NCBI GenBank assembly: GCA_002633005.1
Contig: NMRA01000513.1
Coordinates: 62,001 to 126,000 of the forward strand
Direction: 5' to 3'
DNA from: Phoronis australis
Lineage: Eukaryota; Animalia; Phoronida
Length of the DNA stretch: 64,000 nt
Part shown: positions 49,444 to 61,400 of the stretch, in pieces
Layout of the letters: every line of letters starts with the position of its first letter
Position numbering within the stretch: the stretch's first letter is position 1
The notes under the pieces: generated by a model
Databases searched by the model: none
Seen by the model: only the letters and a program-made list of their open reading frames with translations
Told to the model about the DNA's origin: nothing
Translations under genes and position numbers: made by a program

Positions 49444-52400
49444 CCTTTACAACCCTCACTTTACCAAGTGTACATGTACATGTATATCAACACCATTATC
49501 ATCATTATCATCAACGTCATCATCTGCACGGCGATCATCACAAACAACACCTTCATCATTATCATCATCATCGCCACCACCATCATCACCGTCGCTACCA
49601 TCATCAACATCACAGTTTTTTGCCTATGATCCATGCCTAAACAACAAACAACAACCTCTTTGAATGAAAGACTTGGACCGTGAAATGTTAAAAGTCAATT
49701 AAAATATTGCCAGCTGCAAGAATCTCACCCATGCAGTTGGTCATTTGCTTTACAAAAACGTTATCGATAGCAATATCGCCTTGATAGTCGCTCCCTCGGG
49801 TTGCCTCGAAAATAACCTGAAAACGAGAGCAGGTTGTAACAAACGAAACATAAAGATTTAACGACATGGCATGGGCTAAAACCCAGGGTACCACGCATGT
49901 CGATTAGTTCGCACTTCGTGTTCTATTCATCCTTCGGACACCTAGTGTACGAACTATATGAGAGAGAAATTCCGTGTTTCAAGGGTGATGTACGAACTAA
50001 TAAACTGTGCGAACTGTAAAAGAAGTGACCGTAATCGTTTTTGAATTGCCTTAAATTGATAAACGGGGTCACTTTGAGACAAACCTTTAACAAACTGAGC
50101 GGGTACCTTCGGAAGAATAGGCTTTCTGCTGACTATACCAGTGGTGGTCTCATGATATTGCAAAAAAAAACAGACCTCTTCAAAAAAATTAAAATAAAGC
50201 AGGAATCAATTTGTCAAGTATGTGGAAATACTTTATCATTTCAAAGTTGCTGTAATTCCGCCTTCCGTCATAAATGCAAAGTTTGATTTAGACCATGCGA
50301 GGTGCCGTTGTAAAATTGGTCTCAAAAATTTCCCGAATCGATTGAGAGCTGATTCTCTTACATGGGCTTGAAAACAGGCAGAATATTTTCAAGCCGTCGC
50401 GTTTGTTACAGGAACCATTGCTTTACTGGGTTAGGAATAAGTTCAGATCATTTTTGAAACTGCAAGTGCCATAAATCAAAAGTTAATTCCTTTAACGGAA
50501 CCATAGATTCGCAACCCCGACACTTTCTTGCGTAACATCCTAGAGGAGGTGCAGCTCTCCTAAATTATCTGTTTCAGTTTCCAATTAGTGTATTGTGACG
50601 GGAAATTCTCGCTTAAATTTTACTGTCTACAACAATGAAAAAAATATATTTCGGCATTGAAACGCTGTTCAAAGTCTTCCAATAATACAATTGTTGGCAT
50701 TGTAAAGGTATGCCAGTACTTTTAGCAGTGCTACTACCAGCCGACCACACAACAGCCAACCATAATTAGCAGACGACGTACTTGTCGGAAATAAAACTTG
50801 ATAATTTGGCCAGGTGTCGCTAGTGAATAATGACGTAACGGCTTGCGCGTAAGATCACAGATTTCGTCCACTGAAAATATACGGAATTGGCGGTCCATAT
50901 ATGATAGTCTATGATGGAACGCGGATTAATAGTTGTTTTAAATTTGTGACGCTGATATGGATCATTAATTGAGTAAAATCTGTTCCCCACTTTAGCACTG
51001 TTTTCCATTTTCGCCGGATATGACATCATTGGCAACAGGAGCATTCCCCGTTATTCTCGAGTAATTCCAGTAGATATCGGCCTTACCCGGAACTGGGAAA
51101 CTGTAGATGGAACGTACAAAGATCTCCAACTCCAGCCAGGGCCCGCGTTGCCCGACCTTAAAAGTTCGTCGACAACTTGGTTGGTGACTATATCTATCAC
51201 ACTGACTTTCAGTTGGCCTATCCTACTACCGTACATGCTGTAGTTGAACGAAACCTAGAAGAAAACAAGACAAAATATTAAAAAGATTATACTGTAGGAT
51301 ACTGTATGTCTTCAGATTATTGTTTGAGGGATTAAATAGGCTACCACTCATGTGAAGGAACGATAAAATATCAACAAAATCTGTTCGGTCTCAGTTATAG
51401 TGACACACGTGCTAGAGACCTAAGATCAAAACCTTACGTTTTTGCAGGAGGAAATCTGGGTTTGCTGCTAGTGTGAGTGTCATAAATTAAATGGCGATTT
51501 CATATAAAAGAAGGTAACATTTTTAATTAATTATCGCATAGTAAAACCATGAGCAGACAACCAGCAGCAGAAATGTCGCCATGATCCAACCAGGCAAAAA
51601 TTAGTACACCGTGCTTGAAAATAATGGTGATCACTGTGCAAACAAATGTTTCCCTTAACTTTATACTACATGTATAACTGAAAGTTGAACTTATCAAAAA
51701 ACGCTGATCTTATAAAGATATCACCGTTTTACGCTTTCGGGGGAGAGAGGGGTGGGAAAAGCACTCGCAAGAATGAAGATAATTGTGAACGTTCCCTTGC
51801 TGATTTTTTTAGACCAAAAACCCGATCGTAAGTCTACTCCGTGGTAAGGAAACTCTCTGTCTTGGCCAAGAACGATTCTGGTCTTAAATTTCCGTCTACA
51901 ACTCGATGCAAGGCCAGAGCAGGTGCGAGCGACAGCGTCACTGAGAACTTGTCATTATAGAACAGACATGCACTGTAATCAAAATAGTTCTTTGAAAAGA
52001 CGACTGGACTTTTTGTTTGCAAGCTTGATACTGGTTCGCTCGTAATACGGAAAATCTCCTTTCTTCAGGGGTACATCTCTGTAGAGACATAACAAGCAAA
52101 CAAATTAAAACACTAGTTGTATTTCGAGACTGCATGTCTCATCATCAGGCAATAACTAAGTGAAATGAACGTATATACATAGAGAGGTAAACAGTGAAAA
52201 ACACCGTGACAGCGGGAAGAGGAGCATACAAGCAGAGAGTGTAAATGCAACAAACGGCAGGAAGCCCACAACCCTATCGTTGTGGTTCCTTACTCAAGCC
52301 ATGGGCGGCGTACCATAGGGTGCTGGGGGGCTATAGCCACCTCCCCCCCCCTTCTTTTCAGTGTTGCGCCGCAGTTCACCACAGGGGGGCTGAGGGGGCT

Positions 52401-55400
52401 TTAGCCCTGCACCCTCCACCTTTTTCAGTGCTGCGCCGCCCATGCAAGTGAGATGTAATTTCTGTGTTTGGAATGAATTGACAGCTCGTTGTTCCTTAAG
52501 ACCAGGTTCCGCGAATGAATGGCAAGTCGTAACGAGTCACTTGCACAGCCTGGTCTCAACCAGTAACAAACTGTAAGTTATGTGAAAACCCATAAATCTT
52601 ATCTAGTTTGAGAAAGGATAAATTTAGGACATAACGGTGAAGCATCTGAATCAAACGTTGGTTTTTAATGGAAGAAGTGTTTATATCTGTATTCTGATCA
52701 GGAGACAGGCCACTTGCATACAAAAAGATGACAAACGCGTACATGTACTATCAACGATCTTACGAGTAATTAACAAAACAGGCCAACAGCAAGTTACGGC
52801 ATTGGATTTTCATTTCAAAAACCCGCCTTTTGGTTTCAGCTCCCGTCGACAGCGGTTTTTAAACCGAGGCTAAGTCCAAGTCCAGTCCAGTACATAGTTA
52901 AGCATTCCCGCGGTCCTTTGCTGAGTCGCAGAATAATTATCTACCAAAGAATAACCAAAACCAAAAGGAACTTTCACCAACGGGTACCACAGAACCAAAA
53001 CCTAAAGAATCTATTTTGATTATTTTTATCGTACTCCTTCGAATAAAATTCACCCTAACAAAGAAACTTTATTTTCACGAAGTTTGAAAAATCAGCAGTT
53101 TGAGTTCACGATTTATTGTCTCATTTCTGTAAAATCATCGATAATGCGGTAATTCTCTGCTCGGTACAAAAGGACATTAGATCAGCGATACTGATAAACA
53201 TCAGGTCCTTCATGAAGTCGGTACCTATCCAAATCCAATGAGAAACTACAAGGCCCGCGAATCGGGTAGACCAAGTCTTTAAAGAGCATTCTTACGGTAA
53301 AAAGGCAGGTGCACCATCTGCAGGCGGATCCCTTAAGTAGTCAATTGTTTATACTGTGTGTGGAGCTCATGAGCCATTACATTAGAAATAACCCCTTAAA
53401 GGCGAAGGCAACCTTTTTCCATGTCATTTTGAGCTAAAATAAGGTTGGTTGGTTATCCTAGACATATTTTCCACTTAATTAAGGCTTTTCGTAATTTTAT
53501 AAATTACTCGTCCGCTACTCCGGAAGTNTTTTATGCCTATGATCCATGCCTAAACAACAAACAACAACCTCTTTGAATGAAAGACTTGGACCGTGAAATG
53601 TTCAAAAGTCAATTAAAATATTGCCAGCTGCGAGAATCTCACCCGTGCAATTGGTCATTTGCTTTACAAAAACGTTATCGATAGCAATATCGCCTTGATA
53701 GTCGCTCCCTCGGGTTGCCTCGAAAATAACCTGAAAACGAGAGCAGGTTGTAACAAAAGAAACATAAAGATTTAACGACATGGCATGGGCTAAAACCCAG
53801 GGTACCACGCATGTCGATTAGTTCGCACTTCGTGTTCTATTCATCCTTCGGACACCTAGTGTACGAACTATGTGAGAGAGAAATTCCGTGTTTCAAGGGT
53901 GATGTACGAACTAATAAACTGTGCGAACTGTAAAAGAAATGATCGTAATCGTTTTTGAATTGCCTTAAATTGACAAACGGGGTTACTTTGAGACAAACCT
54001 TTAACAAACTGAGCGGGTACCTTCGGAAGAATAGGCTTTCTGCTGACTATACCAGTGGTTATCTGTTTCAGTTTCCAATTAGTGTATTGTGACGGGAAAT
54101 TCTCGCTTAAATTTTACTGTCTACCACAACGAAAAAAAATATTTCGGCATTGAAACGCTGTTCAAAATCTTCCAATAATAGAATTGTTGGCATTGTAAAG
54201 GTATGCCAATACTTTTAGCAGTGCTACTACCAGCCGACCACACAACAGCCAACCATAATTAGCAGACGGCGTACTTGTCGGAAATAAAACTTGATAATTT
54301 GGCCAGGTGTCGCTAGTGAATAATGACGTAACGGCTTGCGCGTAAGATCACAGATTTCGTCCACTGAAAATATGCGGAGTTGGTGTTCCATTTATGATAG
54401 TCTATGATGGAACGCGGATTAATAGTTGTTTTAAATTTGTGACGCTGATATGGTTCATTAAAATCTGTGTTCCCCAATTTAGCACTGTTTTTCATTTTCG
54501 CCGGATATGACATCATTGGCAACCGATTATTCTCGAGTAATTTCAGCAGATACTGGCCTTACCCGGAACTGGGAAGCTGTGGATGGAACGTACAAAGATT
54601 TCCAACTCCAGCCAGGGCCCGCGTTGCCCGACCTTAAAAGTTCGTCGACAACTTGGTTGGTGACTATATCTATCACACTGACTTTCAGTTGGCCTATCCT
54701 ACTACCGTACATGCTGTAGTTGAACGAAACCTAGAAGAAAACAAGACAAAATATTAAAAGATTATACTGTAGGATACTGTATGTCTGCAGATTATTGTTT
54801 GAGGAATTAAATAGGCTACCAGTCATGTGAAGGAACGATAAAATATCAACAAAATCTGTTCGGTCTCAGTTATAGTGACACACGTGCTGGAGACTTAGAT
54901 CAAAACCTTACGTTTTTGCAGGAGGGAATCTGGGTTTGCTGCTAGTGTGAGTGTCATAAATTAAATGGCGATTTCATATAAAAGAAGGCAACATTTTTAA
55001 TTAATTATCGCATAGTAAAACCATGAGTAGACAACCAGCAGCAGAAATGTCGCCATGATCCAACCAGGCAAAAATTAGTACACCAAGAACTGCTTGAAAA
55101 TAATGGTGATCACTGTGCAAACAAATGTTTCCCTTAACTTTACAGTATAACTGAAAGTTGAACTTATTCAAAAACGCTGATCTTATAAAGATATCACCGT
55201 TTTACGCTTTCGGGGGAGAGAGGGGTGGGAAAAGCACTCGCAAGAATGAAGATAATTGTGAACGTTCCCTTGATGATTTTTTAGACCAAAAACCCGATCG
55301 TAAGTCTACTCCGTGGTAAAGAAACTCTCTGTCTTGGCCAAGAACGATTCTGGTCTTAAGTTTCCGTCTACAACTCGATGCAAAGCCAGAACAGATGCGA

Positions 55401-58400
55401 CCGACAGCGTCACTGAGAACTTGTCATTATAGAACGGACATGCACAGTAATCAGTTCTTTGAAAAGACGACTGGACTTTTTGTTTGCAAGCTTGATACTG
55501 GTTCTCTCGTAATACGGAAAATCTCCTTCCTTCAGGGGTACAGCTGTGTAATAATACACCGAGAGACATAACCAGCAAACAAATTAAAACACTAGACTGC
55601 ATGTCTCATCATCAGGCAATAACTAAGTGAAATGAACGTATGAGAGGTAAACAGTGAAAGACACCGTGACAGCGGGAAGAGGAGCAAACAAGCAGAGAGT
55701 GTGAATGCAACACACGGTAGGAAGCTGATTCGCAGAACAATTATCTACTAAAGAATAACCAAAACTAAAAGGAACTTTCACCACCGGGTACCACAGAACC
55801 AAAACCTAAAGAATCTATTTTGATTATTTTTATCGTACTCCTTCGAATGAAATTCACCCTAACAAAGAAACTTTATTTTCACGAAGTTTGAAAAATCAGC
55901 AGTTTGAGTTCACGATATATTGTCTCATTTCCGTAAAATCATCGATAATGCGGTAATTCTCTGCTCGGTACAAACGGACATTAGATCAGCGATACTGATA
56001 AACATCAGGTCCTTCATGAAGGCGGTACCTATCCAAATCCAATGAGAAACTACAAGGTCCCGCGAATCGGGTAGGCTAAGTCTTTAAAGCCGGAGCATTC
56101 TTACGGTAAAAAGGCAGGTACACCATCTGCAGGCGGACGACAGCACGCCTAAGTAGTGCCCTGTCATACATATCAGTGTGTTTTGTGTACCTATTATGTT
56201 CGCTTGGTCGTACTATTCTGGTTGTTAAAAGCAGCGTGCAAACACCAATGAATTGCCGCGCTGATAACACCCTTTAAAAATCTAAGCGGCCCACTCTGGG
56301 GGAGGACAACTCGTTCAAAAACGAAGGAACAGTACACATGCGCATAAAGCTATACCTCCGATAAACAGGTATTATTCCATACTGGGGACAGCAGTTGGGC
56401 CTTGTAACCAGTATTTCCGTTCGACGCCTCCGTATACATGTAGTAGGACCCTAAAACAGAACAGAAATAAGTGGCTTTGATGTCAAACACGCAAGTACGT
56501 ACCAGTGTACACAGAATGTACTGCAATATAAAATAACGCTAATGTCGAAGGCGGCCGGCGGAGTCTACCCACTTGATTATCAAATGAAAGATTACCGATA
56601 CCGGGATATTAAAACAAATCCGCCATGTGGAATTCAGTGGACAATGCCAACTACGTTGAGTGAGTACACAATAAGTTTCCCTTCTTCTGCATCTTAAAGA
56701 CGCATTTGCAAACTCCTAACTATTCTAATGTTTAGCAGGAACTAAGCGACAATGATATCTTAATATCAATCACGCAAAAGAAGTGCAGTTGTATTCATTG
56801 ACAACTTGTAAAGGTGAAAACAAAAACATCTGCAAATAAGTGACATTTGCACTAATGACGTACCTTGGAGGCTGACATAGCCAGCATCATGTAATGTTAC
56901 TCCCCAAACAGCACCACGGCACGGTGCTTACTGGATACGGTTAAGTGATTTATGGCGGATCATTTTCGACACAAAAATCATTCTTAAAATACTTGTTAAT
57001 TTTCACCATTCTTCATATTTACAGCTTCACTAATATGTTGAGTTTTTAACTAATTTTACCGAGCAATCACAGAGATAAAGAATTAGCGTGCAAATTCCAT
57101 TTCAAGATTTTATCGTTTAATGACATTCTGACAGGGGTGACTTAATCGTGGTTAAACGATTTTAGTGTGTAGTAATTTCCAAAAAATGGAAGGTCATTCA
57201 TTATAATTTTTACATAATTTTGACAAATTGACTGAATTCGGATTGTCAGATGTCAATTCCCTTCAAATTAAAGTAGGTTGCCCTGAAAATCGTTGAGAAA
57301 GGAGTTATAGTTTTTTCCAACAGAGGTATAGGTGATATGCCCTTCAGTTTTCATTGTAGACAACACAAATGTCGAAAATGGTAAGGATTATACCAGTAAG
57401 TCCAAGCAGAATGGAGCAAATATTTGATATTTTACTGGTCTCCTAAGCAGGTGCCTGGGAAAGTAAGGAATTTACGGGCTTACCGTGTGAAGCTCCGTCG
57501 GGTCCTGTACTGGTGCTGCCTGTTGATCCGGAATGTCTTAGCCATCTGTACCCAGTCGGCGAAGAGTTTTGAAATCCACACAAATCAGTCTCGAAGCTAC
57601 AGCTATACAATCTCGCTGCAACAGATATTGNTGAAAGTCCTTGCCCCTTTTCCTTGTTCACCCTTTCACCCTTTAAAATTATCAATGTATATTATTGAAG
57701 AATAAAATTATGAAAAAAATTAAATAAAAAAAATAAAAAAAAGAAATAAAAAAAAATCTGCAGGCGGACGACAGCACGCCTGAGTAGTGCCCTGTCATAC
57801 ATATCAGTGTGTTTTGTGTACCTATTATGTTCGCTTGGTCTTACTATTCTGGTTGTTAAAAGCAGCGTGCAAACACCAATGAATTGCCGTGCTGATAACA
57901 CCCTTTAAAAATCTAAGCAGCGCATTCTGGGGGAGGATAACTCATTCAAAAACGAAGGAACAGTGCACATGCGCATGAAGCTATACATGTACCTCCGATA
58001 AACAGGTATTATTCCATACTGGGGACAGTAGTTGGGCCTTGTAACCAGTATGCCCGTTCGACGCCTCCGTATACATGTAGTAGGACCCTAAAACAGAACA
58101 GGAATAAGGGACTTTGATGTCAAATACGCATGTACGTACCAGTGTACACAGAATGTACCGCAATATAAAATAACGTTACTGTCGAAGGCGGCCGGCGGAG
58201 CCTGCCCACTTGATTATCAAATGAAAGATTACCGATACCGGGACATTAAAACAAATCCGCCATGTGGAATTCAGTGGACAATGCCAACTACGTTGTGTAC
58301 ACAATAAGTTTTCCTTCTTCTGCATCTTAAAGACGCATTTGCACACTCCTAACTATTTTAATGTATAGCAGGAACTAAGCGACAATGATATCTTAATATC

Positions 58401-61400
58401 AATCACGCTAAAGAAGTACAGTTGTATTCATTGACAACTTGTAAAGGTGAAAACAAAAATATCGGCAAATAAGTGACCTTTGCACTAATGACGTAACTTG
58501 GAGGCTGACATAGCCAGCATCATGTAGTGTTACTCCCCAAACAGCACGGCACGATGCTTAATGGATACGGTAAAGTTATATTATGGCGGATCATTTTCGA
58601 CACAAAACTCGTTCTTAAAATACTTGTTAATTTTCACCCTTCTTCATATTGACAGCTTCACTAATATGTTGAGTTTTAACTAATTTGAGCGAACAATCAC
58701 AGAGATATTGACCGAGCAATCACAGAGATAAAGAATTAGCGTGCAAGTTCCATTTCAAGATTTTATAGTTTAATGACATTCTGACAGGGGTGACTTAATC
58801 GTGGTTAAACGATTTTAGTGTGTAGTAATTTCCAAAAAATGGAAGGTCATCCATTATAATTTTTACATAATTTTGACAAATTGACTGAATTCGGATTGTC
58901 AGATGTCAATTCCCTTCAAATTAAAATAGGTTGCCCTGAAAATCGTTGAGAAAGGAGTTATAGTTTTTTCCAACAGAGGTATAGGTGATATGCCCTTCAG
59001 TTTTCATTGTAGACAACACAAATGTCGAAAATGGTAAGGATTATACCAGTAAGTCCAAGCAGAATGGAGCAAATATTTGATATTTTACTGGTCTCCTAAG
59101 CAGGTGCCTGGGAAAGTAAGGAATTTACGGGCTTACCGTGTGAAGCTCCGTCGGGTCCTGTACTGGTGCTGCCTGTTGATCCGGAATGTCTTAGCCATCT
59201 GTACCCAGTCGGCGAAGAGTTTTGAAATCCACACAAATCAGTCTCGAAGCTACAGCTATACAATCTCGCTGCAACAGATATTGCAGTTACAAAGTAAGGT
59301 ACTTTGTTTTCAAAAATCAACAAAAATACTAGGTTACACTTTTTATGTGTAATCTCGGTTCAATATAACTTTCTAAAGTCATAACTATTTTTCCATACAG
59401 CGTCTGTCTAAACACTCTGAGTATTCTAATACGGTTTCCCACTACCGCGTAAGACCAATAACTGGATGCTTTTTACCAGTAGGATATTTCGATGTGACTT
59501 CGTAGTTAAAAGTATATTTTTGCCGTTTGAGATGAAGCACGTCCTATTTTACAACGACTTTTCCTCGCTTCAGGCGAAATTGCATACGATAAGCTATCCT
59601 CTGTCTACACAATGCACTAATCGTATACGATTCGTATGCAAAATCGTAAGACGACAGAAGGTGTGTAGATAGAGTTTAGTGCAGTTGGCCTTGATGCTGT
59701 GACCTCGCTAGACCACAAGCTCTAATACCATAAACTACTCATATTGTAAAACTTGTTGGAATTACTTTTTGCTACCAGAACTAACTTGTCACAAATCCCT
59801 GCGCATGCCATTGCTGTCAGTGCCATATGTTGGTAAGCATGCAATCTATAGAAATATCATTCGAGATGCATGCATTGCCTACTGTATTAACATTACCCAT
59901 TTTGCCTGAACCAAAGATGTCCGGCTTGGCAATCTTTTTGCACACGGAAGAGTAGGCTGAGTTACACGGTCGATCATACCAGGTTTTTTTACTCCAGTAG
60001 ACACCTAAGCAGTTCTCGGCTACAATTCAAATTGTAACATGTAAAATATGAGGTTAAATGTGTTTCATCTCAGAATGTTACCTGGAAAATATAAAAACGG
60101 AGGTAATCATGAAAACGACTGATGGAAATATAATTCGTTCCTATCGCATATGGCCGGTGAATAAACGCCCTTTAGATTTTTGCCCCAAAGTGATTTTCGT
60201 AGCTTACATGTACACGTACATGTACAGTTGAATGTGCTTTGGTTGTAAATTTACGCTTCATTCGCGTTTCATTTAAGTCGATACTATTGAGACTGTTTTT
60301 CATTCAGTTGATGTTTCTCATAGTGCAGCATATGAAAAGTCTTTACCTTTCAGAAAGTTTGAGTAGGGGGTATATTAAAAATTTTTGTTGGCTTCAAATC
60401 TTGATTTCCTTTGAATCTTGGTAAAAGTTCCAAGCAATCGTATTATTTTAAAATAAAATTTCGTTTGACTTGTCATAGTGAACGAAAGGGATGTGTTACA
60501 ACACCCGTCAGTTTCTGTATGGCAGTTGTCGTGTACACATTACACGTAATGAAATGTTATTTTTCGAGTGTGTTAAGATCCTATAAGAGAAGACGGGAAG
60601 GGTTTCGAAGGAAATTAAGTTTCTCAATTTTATTTATCTACATACAAATGCGAATACGTAAAGACAATATGGGGATTTACAGCGCGAATATAGTAACGAG
60701 CCGCTGTCTTTTTACCTGTTCCTGAGTTCGGCTGCCCAGATTCCCAGACAATGTAATTCATAGAACTTCTATCAGTCCAAATCCATTTTCCCTCCTCTCC
60801 TGTGTCTGAACCGCCAATCCAAACATATTCAGTTTGGAATCTGATAACAGAGATGAGTGTAAGTAATACAGAAATATATTTCACAAAAGGTGACCATTAG
60901 ACTAGTTGGGCTTTGCGCCTTACGCTACACTGTTTCACAGTGCTACGAAAGGTAGCATTGTAGAATGTTGTTTAACATGGCTTTTCATTACTTTAAGTAA
61001 TGAATCCGACGTCATAACCTTCAGCCTCTCGCCGGTTCCTGCGTGTACATGTACAGATCACACGCAGAAACCAGGCAGTAACACACGCTTTCAGTTATCA
61101 CTAGTTGATGTAACCTCGGCAGTCATTGGTTAGCTTCACAACAACAAGAGGAAATGACCGACTATGAACGATTTTAGCATCGTCATGCCAGTGGCGTAGC
61201 AGCAACTATTTCGTGTAGTAATGTTTAATAGCCGCGTGCTTGAAGCGCATACATGTGCAATAAACACACGTCTGGCCGATTTAACCTGTGCGTTAATCAT
61301 ACTGTATGAATACAAGACAGAAACGTAAACAAAAGTCAGCAACAGTAGAAAGATGCACTCCAAAAAGGCAAAACCACAATTTTCTGGGATTCATATTTTT

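Larger units (their letters stand above)
49619..56135. repeat. Near-identical duplication joined at N 53528 (MAM-1 exons 3-4 present twice)
   Basis: 49619-53527 versus 53529-~56135. Exon copies 49729-49816/53643-53730 and 51087-51254/54563-54730. Large indels separate the copies. Confidence 0.85.
56126..59283. repeat. Near-identical duplication around N 57631 (MAM-1 exons 1-2 present twice)
   Basis: 56126-57630 versus 57757-59283. Exon copies 56356-56450/57993-58087 and 57484-57615/59137-59268. Confidence 0.85.

Noticed and set aside
49363-49663. Poly-His/poly-Ser ORFs
   Set aside because: These are translations of an intronic (CAT)n microsatellite.
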